Assembly: GCA_040752695.1 (NCBI GenBank)
Contig: JBFMGO010000009.1
Span: 9,789 to 73,788 of the forward strand
Reading direction: 5' to 3'
Length of the DNA stretch: 64,000 bases
DNA from: a bacterium
Lineage (GTDB): Bacteria; SZUA-182; DTGQ01
Shown: piece after piece, positions 32,622 through 41,126 of the stretch
Layout of the letters: each line of letters opens with the position of its first letter
Numbering within the stretch: position 1 is the first letter of the stretch
Notes under the pieces: generated by a model
Databases searched by the model: none
Seen by the model: only the letters and a program-made list of their open reading frames with translations
What the model was told of the DNA's origin: nothing
Position numbers and translations under genes: made by a program

Positions 32622-33521
32622 CTATGTTCCCTGGCGGTTCAGCCCCGATTCCCGGCCACTGCTGTCCATATGGAGGGAGCCAAACTGAATTGACCGCACT
32701 CTGTGCTTTTGCACAAGCGGAGTCAAGCAGGACAATTGCTTTCGCTTCAGATCCGCGTCCTGAATAATCCCCATGGCCAGGCAATCGTTCATATCATCAC
32801 AGAAGCCGACCAACAAGCCCTGCCAGTTCCGGGGATTTTGGATCTCCGGTATATGTCCATGAAGTCCCATGCCGCCAAAAGCGATTTCTATTATCCTTGA
32901 CTCATGGAAATATTTCTGAAACTGCTCCTGGCGATATTCCCAGCGCTGCTCGATGGACTTTGGCTGAATAGCCTCTGCTACGGGAAATCGACGAAGAGAA
33001 AGATACCTGCGATAAGAGAAATTTTTCAATAGCCCGTCCAGCTCTTTTCCCCTTGCCAGAGCGATAAGGTGCGAAGGGTTCACCAGATCGATTTTCTGAA
33101 ATTTGAACTCCAGGCCAATCCTGCCGGAAACAAAGCCGGAAGTGTCCAGGACGACTCCATCCACCTTTTGGCGGAAGGCCCTGTCAATCAGGGTTCGAAC
33201 CGCTACCAGGGTTTGCAGAAGATGCCCTACTGGTGAAGTCGATCCAACAAAGCGTAACTGTAAAGGCCCATTTATTCCATCTGGTGGAGAAACAATGCTC
33301 ATACCGACGCTGGCGGGAGGGCCAAGAATGGATTGTCCCAGATCCGAATCGATCCAGGCCACACGGCGACCGTGTTGGCACAGTTGTGAAACCAGGTATT
33401 GACATAACGTGGATTTCCCCGTATCGTTTTCTCCCAGAGCGAAAATAAGAAACCGGCGCTGGTAACTTTCGAGGTCTTTGACCAGTACCAGCCACTCTTC
33501 AGGTACTCTATCAACAGTCAT
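32622..33521 (-). CDS. P-loop NTPase resembling Clp1/Grc3-type polynucleotide 5'-kinases
   Basis: Walker A 'ALGENDTGKSTLCQYL', 'VAWIDSDLGQS', Walker B-like 'VVLDTSGF'. The order and spacing resemble the Clp1 P-loop domain. Tentative. Confidence 0.45.
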   Translation of the reverse strand: MTVDRVPEEWLVLVKDLESYQRRFLIFALGENDTGKSTLCQYLVSQLCQHGRRVAWIDSDLGQSILGPPASVGMSIVSPPDGINGPLQLRFVGSTSPVGHLLQTLVAVRTLIDRAFRQKVDGVVLDTSGFVSGRIGLEFKFQKIDLVNPSHLIALARGKELDGLLKNFSYRRYLSLRRFPVAEAIQPKSIEQRWEYRQEQFQKYFHESRIIEIAFGGMGLHGHIPEIQNPRNWQGLLVGFCDDMNDCLAMGIIQDADLKRKQLSCLTPLVQKHRVRSIQFGSLHMDSSGRESGLNRQGT

Positions 33522-33689
33522 TTCAACTTACCTCACTTTTTCAAAAAAGATCTTACCAATCGACCGTGATACCATACCGCATTTTAAAACTTTTCACAAC
33601 AGTAAACCTTCCGGCTACCATATTACGGACAGAGTTTCCGATTATGTATAAAATATGAAACGGTTATTCGAAATAGGGTATGGTAGCGT

Positions 33690-35627
33690 ATGGATAAACC
33701 CGATAGACTCAAAATAAAAGCTCCGGAATTCCCCTCCGGCCTTACCTGGTATAATACCCGCCATCCCATCTCATTGAAGGAACTGAAGGGAAAGGTCGTA
33801 CTGTTGGATTTCTGGACCTTCTGCTGCATCAACTGCATGCATGTAATTCCGGACTTGAGCCGGCTGGAAAAAAAATACCCGGATGAACTGGTCATTATCG
33901 GAGTCCATTCGGCAAAATTTATAGCTGAACAAAAAGGGGAAAACATCCGCCAGGCTATCCTGCGCTATGGAATCAGGCATCCGGTTGTAAATGACAAGGA
34001 TTTGATCATCTGGAGGCTGTATGATGCCCATGCATGGCCCAGCTTCGCCCTTATCGACCCGGTAGGAAACCTGATCGGCATCACTTCCGGCGAGGGGATC
34101 TATGATTCCTTCAGCACCATCATCGGCAGTATTATCGAAGACTATGACCGGGAGGAAAAGATGAACCGCGCTCCCTTGCGGTTCGATCTGGAAAAGCCGG
34201 AGAGGGAGGAATCACCCCTTGCTTTTCCCGGAAAAGTTCTGGCTGTCGAATCTGCAAACCGGCTCTTCGTTGCCGATACCAACCATAACCGGATCATCGT
34301 GGCCAGCCTTGACGATCTGACCGTTCAAACGATCGTCGGCAGCGGCCGGACTGGATGGCGGGATGGAAGTTTGCAGGTTGCTCAATTTAATCACCCTCAA
34401 GGCATGGCCTTTTTGGGTGATTTACTGTACGTGGCAGACACGGAAAATCATGCCATTCGTCAGGTGGATCTCAAAAACCATCAGGTATTAACTCTGGCCG
34501 GAAACGGACATCAGGCCAAACGGATCAGCTCCGGCTATGGCCTCACGATCTCCCTGAATTCTCCGTGGGATCTGGTATACCATCAGGGAATTTTGTATAT
34601 AGCCATGTCGGGATTCCATCAGATCTGGCAATTAAGACTCAGGGACGGTTTCGTTGAGCCCTACGCGGGCTCAAGCAGAGAGGGCCTTATGGACGGCCCG
34701 CTCAAAGGAGCTGTTCTGGCTCAGCCAAGTGGAATAACTACAGATGGCAAAAAGATCTTCGTTGCCGATAGTGAAAGCAGCTCCATACGCTCCGTCGATC
34801 TCCCCCCCCGGGACTCGGTAAAAACCATTGTCGGCAGAGACCTGTTCATATTTGGAGATCAGGACGGCAGGGGAGAGTCTGTGCGGCTCCAGCATCCTCT
34901 TGGCGTGGTTTTCGATCAGGGACACCTGTATATCGCTGATACCTATAATAATAAAATCAAACTGATCAACCCCACGGAAAGAAGTGCGAAGACCATCCTG
35001 GGTGCCGGGCCTGAAGGATTCAGGGATGGACCCGGACAAAAAGCCCTGTTCAATGAGCCTGGTGGATTGAGCATAGCCGGAGGGCACTTATATATCGCCG
35101 ATACGAACAATCAGGTGATTCGAAGGGCGGATCTGACGAACTATGAGGTAGAGACCATCACCTTGACCAACCTGGAAATTTTCCAGCAGCAAGGAGCGCC
35201 ATCCGAAGAGGAATTCACCGGCAAGATAACCCGGTACGACCTCCAGCTCATCCGGCCCGGAGAAGGAGGGCTCGCCATTGACCTGATCATCCCTGAAGGA
35301 TACCAATTGACGCCGTATGCTCCCCATACAATCTCCTGGCAGATGGAAAACGACCGGTTGCAGTTCAAAGCGAACTACCTGCAATTTGAAAGCGAAAACC
35401 TGCCGGTAGTTATTCCTTTCCAGGCTTTTGAAGGCAAATCACGGATGTTCGTCGATATCCTGATCTACTATTGCAGCAGCCGGACAGATGCCTATTCCCA
35501 ATGCTTCCTCGCTCAGGAGAGGCTGGACATACCGGTGGTCATTTCTCCGGAATCGGAATCCTCAGAAATCAAAATCAGCTATAAACTGGCAGATCAGATT
35601 TTCGGGCCTAAGCCCTTAACTCCTTAA
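33690..35627 (+). CDS. Thioredoxin-like (redoxin) domain fused to NHL-repeat beta-propeller (NHLRC2-like thiol-disulfide oxidoreductase)
   Basis: 'LLDFWTFCCINCMHVIPDL' is the redoxin CxxC. Repeated NHL motifs ('FNHPQGMAFLGDLLYVADTENHAIRQVD', 'LQHPLGVVFDQGHLYIADTYNNKIKLIN', 'FNEPGGLSIAGGHLYIADTNNQVIRRAD'). Confidence 0.75.
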   Translation: MDKPDRLKIKAPEFPSGLTWYNTRHPISLKELKGKVVLLDFWTFCCINCMHVIPDLSRLEKKYPDELVIIGVHSAKFIAEQKGENIRQAILRYGIRHPVVNDKDLIIWRLYDAHAWPSFALIDPVGNLIGITSGEGIYDSFSTIIGSIIEDYDREEKMNRAPLRFDLEKPEREESPLAFPGKVLAVESANRLFVADTNHNRIIVASLDDLTVQTIVGSGRTGWRDGSLQVAQFNHPQGMAFLGDLLYVADTENHAIRQVDLKNHQVLTLAGNGHQAKRISSGYGLTISLNSPWDLVYHQGILYIAMSGFHQIWQLRLRDGFVEPYAGSSREGLMDGPLKGAVLAQPSGITTDGKKIFVADSESSSIRSVDLPPRDSVKTIVGRDLFIFGDQDGRGESVRLQHPLGVVFDQGHLYIADTYNNKIKLINPTERSAKTILGAGPEGFRDGPGQKALFNEPGGLSIAGGHLYIADTNNQVIRRADLTNYEVETITLTNLEIFQQQGAPSEEEFTGKITRYDLQLIRPGEGGLAIDLIIPEGYQLTPYAPHTISWQMENDRLQFKANYLQFESENLPVVIPFQAFEGKSRMFVDILIYYCSSRTDAYSQCFLAQERLDIPVVISPESESSEIKISYKLADQIFGPKPLTP

Positions 35628-35738
35628 AGATTGGAATCGGAAAATGAGGGGAATTTCGATTAATAAATCCACTGGCATTTATCTATATCCGATGGTATAC
35701 TTGTTGCAAGAGGCTGCTATGAATACAATAACAATTAA

Positions 35739-35966
35739 CCTTTCCAACCCCTTATAGATGGTAATAAGCGTACCGGTCATGCACTTATGGAGATATTCCT
35801 TGTCTTGAATGGTTATGAGATCAAAGCCAGTGTAGATGAACAAGAAAGCGCAATTCTTCAGGTTGTATCGGGTAAGTTAAAACGTGACGATTTTACTGAT
35901 TGGCTTCGGGAACATATTATAAAAAAAGCAGATAGATGGACAAATAGGCAAAGGAGCTCTCGATAA
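35739..35966 (+). pseudogene. Remnant of a Doc/Fic-family toxin (C-terminal about 75 codons)
   Basis: Reading frame 'PFQPLIDGNKRTGHALMEIFLVLNGYEIKASVDEQESAILQVVSGKLKRDDFTDWLREHI' contains the Fic/Doc core '(I)DGNKRT' and the Doc C-terminal helix pattern. An in-frame stop lies at 35736-35738 just upstream and no full-length N-terminus is present. Confidence 0.45.
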
Positions 35967-36207
35967 GTATGCCGTGACTTCGCCACTTTTTCCTTTACCC
36001 ACTTGCTATCTTACGGCTAAAATGCACCATTCCCCCACCTGTCATCACTTCTTTATAAAATCAAAAAAGGAAAAACCACCTACAAAAATTTATCCTGCCT
36101 TTTTGCGCAAGATTTGGTTGACTTGCCTGTATACACTATATAGCATAGGAAATCCATACCGTCCCATTGATTCAACTGCGCGGGGAGCCTTGCCCAAAAG
36201 GTCTAAA

Positions 36208-36822
36208 ATGGTCGAAAAGGAAGTCTGTGAGTTGAAAGAGCAATCCGATGAAGAGCTGATGACCGGTTTCCAGGAGGGCAATAGTGTTGGCTTTGAGAAG
36301 CTGGTAGCCAGGTACAACACTCCTTTGTACCGGTTTATTTACCGCCTCCTGAAAGATGAGGGGGAATCGCAGGATCTTGTTCAGGAAACTTTCCTTCGGG
36401 TTTACCAAAACAAAAGCCAGTATAACCCCCACTACCCTTTCCGTACCTGGATCTATTCCATAGCCAGCCACCTGGCAATCAATGTTTTAAATTCAGCCAG
36501 AAGACGCCGGATTATCTCTTTTTTCTGGAACTCCTCCAGCCACGACGGCGGCCAAAAGGCCCCTTTGGAGGAAGAAGTCCAGGATTTAAGGAAAAACCCT
36601 GAAGAGGAATTCTCCCACCGGCAAGCTTGCGAGAATATGCAAAAAGCCATGAATAAGCTGAGTCCCAGGCAAAAAATCGCACTCACCCTGAACAAGATGG
36701 AGGGGGCAAGCTACAAGGAAATTGCCAGAATCATGGACATCAATCTCGCCGCTGTGGAGTCATTGATTTTTCGTGCCAAACAGAAAATTCATCGTGAGTT
36801 GAGGGAAAAGATCCAAAAATAA
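36208..36822 (+). CDS. ECF-subfamily RNA polymerase sigma-70 factor
   Basis: Region 2 'QDLVQETFLRVYQ' and region 4 'LSPRQKIALTLNKMEGASYKEIARIMDINLAAVESLIFRAKQKI'. Start chosen at ATG 36208 (about 205 aa). Confidence 0.8.
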   Translation: MVEKEVCELKEQSDEELMTGFQEGNSVGFEKLVARYNTPLYRFIYRLLKDEGESQDLVQETFLRVYQNKSQYNPHYPFRTWIYSIASHLAINVLNSARRRRIISFFWNSSSHDGGQKAPLEEEVQDLRKNPEEEFSHRQACENMQKAMNKLSPRQKIALTLNKMEGASYKEIARIMDINLAAVESLIFRAKQKIHRELREKIQK

Positions 36823-36891
36823 AAAATCGCAAAAAAAGTCTGCGCAAGTTTTTTTCCTATACCTTGTATAAGAGAGTAGAGGGTAGCAAAA

Positions 36892-37356
36892 ATGAGAACA
36901 AAACATATAAGAGACCGGAAAATATCGGCACTGATCGATGGGGAATTATCAATAGAGGAGAGTGAAGCCCTCTTTGGACACATCACTAAGTGCCAGAGAT
37001 GCAAGGGAAAACTCCTGCAATGGCAGCGAACAGAGCATTACCTCAAGCATGGTGAGCGGGAAATAGTCCCTCCCGCTTTCTTCGAGCAAAAAATCCTGTC
37101 TCATGTTCGGCAGGATGCGGCCAGCGGGGCAAAGGATGCTCATCAGCCTTCCATTTTTGGCCTGGCATTCCGCTTTGCAACAGCCGTCCTTATAGCCCTG
37201 GGAATCTTCCTGGGAACTGTCATGGGAGCTCAACTGACGGCCATTTGGATCAATGAGAAAGAGGGAGTAGATCTTATCGCTGTACTTTCTTCTCAGGATG
37301 GAGCCTCGCCAGCCATCAGCGAAGTGGGCCTTTATTTATCCGGAGAATCATCATGA
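36892..37356 (+). CDS. Putative zinc-finger anti-sigma factor (single TM)
   Basis: N-terminal 'HITKCQRCKGKL' (HxxxCxxC anti-sigma motif), central TM 'TAVLIALGIFLGTVMGA'. Immediately downstream of the ECF sigma gene. Confidence 0.55.
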   Translation: MRTKHIRDRKISALIDGELSIEESEALFGHITKCQRCKGKLLQWQRTEHYLKHGEREIVPPAFFEQKILSHVRQDAASGAKDAHQPSIFGLAFRFATAVLIALGIFLGTVMGAQLTAIWINEKEGVDLIAVLSSQDGASPAISEVGLYLSGESS

Positions 37357-37868
37357 AAAAAAGTGCCTTATACCTTTTACTCATTTTCTCTCTGGCCACA
37401 AACCTCGCTGTAGCCGGGTCCGTAGCCTATCATTACTGGTGTAAGGCGGAGCGAAGGAGCAATGCCGGCCTGACGTGCGGCCAAAAGCCCTTTGGGAGGT
37501 TCATGCGGGAGAATCTTCAACTTGAGGCTGACGAAATTTCCCGGTTTCAAACGCTTTTTTCCCAGAACAGGGAAGACCTTTTTCTCCTGAGAGATCAGGT
37601 TCAAAAGCAGCGAAAGGTGCTCTTCGATCTTTTGGCCCAACCTGAGGTCGATCTGGTCCAGGTTGATCAACAGATTGAAAAGGTGGCCGCTCTGCAGGCA
37701 AGGATGCAAAAGATTGTGGTCAATCAGATTATCAACATGAAATCCAGTCTTTCAGAAGAAAAGCAGCAAAAACTACTTGACGTCTTTCGTCAGCGATCGG
37801 GATACGGTCCCTTTGGCCGGGGACCTCTCAGCCCGGGGCGTGGGAAAAAAATGGGGAGGTGGTGGTAA
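37353..37868 (+). CDS. Periplasmic CpxP/Spy-like (LTxxQ-motif) protein
   Basis: Signal peptide, helical body with 'LSEEKQQKL' and Q-rich repeats. The start overlaps the anti-sigma stop by 4 nt, suggesting translational coupling. Confidence 0.55.
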   Translation: MKKSALYLLLIFSLATNLAVAGSVAYHYWCKAERRSNAGLTCGQKPFGRFMRENLQLEADEISRFQTLFSQNREDLFLLRDQVQKQRKVLFDLLAQPEVDLVQVDQQIEKVAALQARMQKIVVNQIINMKSSLSEEKQQKLLDVFRQRSGYGPFGRGPLSPGRGKKMGRWW

Positions 37869-37992
37869 CATATAGCATTTCGCTCTTTATTGGATGATGG
37901 ATGCTGATTCGTGAATACTGGATGCTGATTAGGTATGGCCAGGATTTGTTTATCTGTCAACTGAGAAGTATAGATCAAGAAAGGAAAAAATT

Positions 37993-38589
37993 ATGGATAA
38001 GAACAGGAAAGCTTTGGTGCTCAGTCTCCTCACTATTTTCGTTTTCATGCTGGTTTCTTTCCTCGCACCTTCGGCTGATGCACACGGTAGAGGCCGGGGG
38101 GGCGCTTGCGGCATGGGCGGCATGGCCTGCATGGGCGGGCCTGATGGACCTGAAGGTACTGGCCCGCACGGTGAAGGTCCCGGACTCAACTACGGAAAAT
38201 ACCTTGATTTATCAACCGAGCAGCGCCAGAAGATGCATGATGTCAAGTTTGGGTTTATGAAAAAAACCCTTGACTTAAGAAGCGAATTAGGGAAAAAGAG
38301 CCTCGAGCGAAAGGCGCTTTTGGAGAGTGAAGCGGTTGATTGGAAAAAGGTAGACCAGACAACCGATGAAATCGCCAGGATCAAAGCAAATCTGGAAAAG
38401 GAAAATATGCGGCAGAAGACTGAAATGAAAAAGATCCTCACGAAAGAACAGCTCGAAAAACTCAATAGTATGAATTGTCCCAAGGGCCAGGCAGGCGGAT
38501 TAGGGTGCGGGATCGGAAAAGGACCGGGAGCCGGCCTAGGTATGGGCAAAGGACTTGGATGCGGTGCAGGCAAGGGGCTGGGGTTGTAA
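37993..38589 (+). CDS. Periplasmic CpxP/Spy-like protein with Gly/Met/Cys/His-rich terminal segments
   Basis: Signal peptide, 'LSTEQRQKM' and 'LTKEQLEKL' LTxxQ motifs. Flanks 'HGRGRGGACGMGGMACMGGPDGPEG' and 'GLGCGIGKGPGAGLGMGKGLGCGAGKGLGL' look like soft-metal-binding low-complexity regions. Confidence 0.55.
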   Translation: MDKNRKALVLSLLTIFVFMLVSFLAPSADAHGRGRGGACGMGGMACMGGPDGPEGTGPHGEGPGLNYGKYLDLSTEQRQKMHDVKFGFMKKTLDLRSELGKKSLERKALLESEAVDWKKVDQTTDEIARIKANLEKENMRQKTEMKKILTKEQLEKLNSMNCPKGQAGGLGCGIGKGPGAGLGMGKGLGCGAGKGLGL

Positions 38590-38781
38590 CCTGGCTTCCT
38601 TACACAGAGGGAATACCAGACCCATGGTGCATAAGGGGCTGTATGATTGCAGTCATACCCCCTCATGCACCATGGGTCTTTTTGTTAACTCAATGAGCAG
38701 TCTTGAGGAGAATTATCGAACCACCGGCACAAGACCGGCACAAGCTCAGCATCCATCCACCGGCATCCGGCACAACCGGCA

Positions 38782-40512
38782 TCACAGATTCCACGTGCCC
38801 TTCAGTTCAGCCCGGAGCTTATTTTGCAGCCGGATCAACCGCCTCCTTTTCAGGAAGGTAGTCCATCGATCGTAACCGTTTTTAAGAGCGGGGCGGGGTA
38901 ATCGCAGGACAAAATAAAAAAGCATGCCTATCTTCCTGAAGAAGAGAATCAGCATTTCCTGCATTCCCTTGAAACTTCCACGGCCAGTCAGTGGTGTTTT
39001 CTCCCTCTCCAGCGATTTTTCCATTTCTTCCCCTCGACGGCTCAGGCTGTCCTTGGTCGATACGAACCAGGCGTCTTTTAAAAGCGTCTGTCTGATGATG
39101 ATAAAATGATCGATTTCCCGTTTAATTTTTTTCTGAATATCCTTCGACGGCTTACGGTTCAAGAGGTTCGTGAGGTACTTAACCACAAATTGGACCCGCT
39201 GAAAAACTTCAGACTTCATCCGTAGAGGGAAATCCTGATGCTGGCTTTTTTCCAGCTTTTTTCTGTACTCTATGATCAGGTCCAGCTCAAATGGATTGAA
39301 GCGATTAAACCTCTCTCCCAGTATTGAAGGAAGGGGAATAAAGGTATCCACCACCTCCTGGATCTGGTAAACTTGAGCTAAAGCCGTCAGGATCTCAACC
39401 TGGCGCAGCACCTGGCTCCGGGTGGGGGTAAGCCTGCTTTTGCGCAACGCGTCCAGAGTCTCCCCCGGGTCCGGAAGTATCAGCGAGGTTTTATCCAGGC
39501 CGTAGGCATCCCAGAAAGCAGGCATTTCCCTTACCTTATCTTCCGATTCTCCCTGCTCCCATGCCTTTCGGTCAGGATACAATTTCAATATTTGATCTAC
39601 ATTCATTCCGCAAATCAGGATCACATGCAGCTTGATCTCGCCGAGAGTCTCCCTGAGGTTTTTGGGGATAGGTCCAAGCCCGTCAGTGATGACCAGGATC
39701 TCTGCCTTCACCATGCAGGGATCTTGGCGGATGTCCTCAACTGCTTTCAGAATAGCCTTCCCGACTTCGGTTTGATGGCAATCCACCGTATGAAGATGGG
39801 CTACATGACGGATAATCTTTTTTATATCCTTGGTCTTCTCTCCCCGGATCAGCGGACTGACCTTATCGGTAAATGAGCGAAAATAAATCTGCGGATTTTC
39901 CGGCTGAACCTGCCGCAGGTACTCTAAGGCAATCGCCTTGGAGGCGTAAAGCTTATTCATTTTTTCTCCGCTCATTGACGAAGAATTATCGAACAGTACA
40001 TACACCTTTTGCGCTCTATTGACTTCCTGATCCTGCCCGTATACCAGATCGGATACTGAAAGGATCTTGTCTTCCGGAGCCTCGAAATCACGCCGGTTCA
40101 ATTCCCGATTAATCAGCTTCTTAAAGAATATGATATCTTTGTCATAGATAAGGAGTTCTCGCGGCAAGATAGTGGCGATCTGGCTGATTGCTTCGATGAC
40201 GCCAATCTTCATGTGGTCGGATAACGGTTGTTTGTGCTGGGGAGACACAGATTGATCTTTTGCTTCTTTTTCTAAAAGTGACGGCGATCTTTTCCGGCTC
40301 AGGAGAGAAACCAATAGACTTTTGGTTGGATATAAGCTTTGACTGGAAAAGAGGCTGCGGGCAATGTAGAAGATCTCCAGAATTTCCTTCGAGAGACATT
40401 CCTTGCCCAGCATGGCCAAGTACCAGTCCGGCTCAAAAAACGCCCAATGGTCTATCAATTCGTTCATAGTCTCTATTCCCTTTACCAAAAAAGGAGTTAT
40501 AAAAAAAGCCAT
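38782..40512 (-). CDS. von Willebrand factor A (VWA) domain protein, about 560 aa
   Basis: MIDAS motif 'VYVLFDNSSSMSGEKM'. The rest is unassigned. The true start may be the internal 'MNELIDHW'. Confidence 0.5.
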   Translation of the reverse strand: MAFFITPFLVKGIETMNELIDHWAFFEPDWYLAMLGKECLSKEILEIFYIARSLFSSQSLYPTKSLLVSLLSRKRSPSLLEKEAKDQSVSPQHKQPLSDHMKIGVIEAISQIATILPRELLIYDKDIIFFKKLINRELNRRDFEAPEDKILSVSDLVYGQDQEVNRAQKVYVLFDNSSSMSGEKMNKLYASKAIALEYLRQVQPENPQIYFRSFTDKVSPLIRGEKTKDIKKIIRHVAHLHTVDCHQTEVGKAILKAVEDIRQDPCMVKAEILVITDGLGPIPKNLRETLGEIKLHVILICGMNVDQILKLYPDRKAWEQGESEDKVREMPAFWDAYGLDKTSLILPDPGETLDALRKSRLTPTRSQVLRQVEILTALAQVYQIQEVVDTFIPLPSILGERFNRFNPFELDLIIEYRKKLEKSQHQDFPLRMKSEVFQRVQFVVKYLTNLLNRKPSKDIQKKIKREIDHFIIIRQTLLKDAWFVSTKDSLSRRGEEMEKSLEREKTPLTGRGSFKGMQEMLILFFRKIGMLFYFVLRLPRPALKNGYDRWTTFLKRRRLIRLQNKLRAELKGTWNL

Positions 40513-40619
40513 CTGCCTCCCGTGTGGAGGTTTACAGATGGCTTTCTATCAATGTCGGATATTTATCCTCTTATTAAGGATAGAGAATCCTCTGAGGAAA
40601 TGTCAAATTTTTTTCGCTC

Positions 40620-41087
40620 CTAGTGCCACATATAGCCCATCATATCGATAAACCGGTTATTCATCTGTTTGAGCAATTCACTGATCTCGCAGATGATCAC
40701 TTTGGATATCTTAAACCCTGCAAGCGGAGCTGCCTCGATAAACCGGTCAAAATCAATTTTGCTGATGACCATGAGCTGGGTATCCTCGACGGCCTCGGCC
40801 GTAGCCGAGTGAACTTTCTGTGTCAGGAGGGAGAGCTCACCGAAGAAACTCCCTTTCTTCAGGGTGGTAAAGGTCATCTTCTCCCCGGTCGAGACCAGCT
40901 TGCTGATCCGTACCGACCCGTCGACAACTACGTAGAGCTCCTTGCCGATCTCGTTCTCCCTGATAATCGTCTCTCCTACCTTAAACTTTTGCGGACGTGC
41001 AATTTCGGCGATCCGTTCTAACTCTGAAATACTCAGGTCTTTAAACAGCTTGATTTCCTTTAATTGTTCAATATCAAACATTGTCAA
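40620..41087 (-). CDS. Cyclic-nucleotide-binding (cNMP) domain protein
   Basis: 'FGELSLLTQKVHSATAEAVEDTQLMVI' matches the cNMP-binding beta-roll signature. 155 aa with no DNA-binding domain. Confidence 0.7.
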   Translation of the reverse strand: MTMFDIEQLKEIKLFKDLSISELERIAEIARPQKFKVGETIIRENEIGKELYVVVDGSVRISKLVSTGEKMTFTTLKKGSFFGELSLLTQKVHSATAEAVEDTQLMVISKIDFDRFIEAAPLAGFKISKVIICEISELLKQMNNRFIDMMGYMWH

Positions 41088-41126
41088 AAACCCCCTAAAA
41101 ATTTGACTGCAATCAAAGATGATTGG

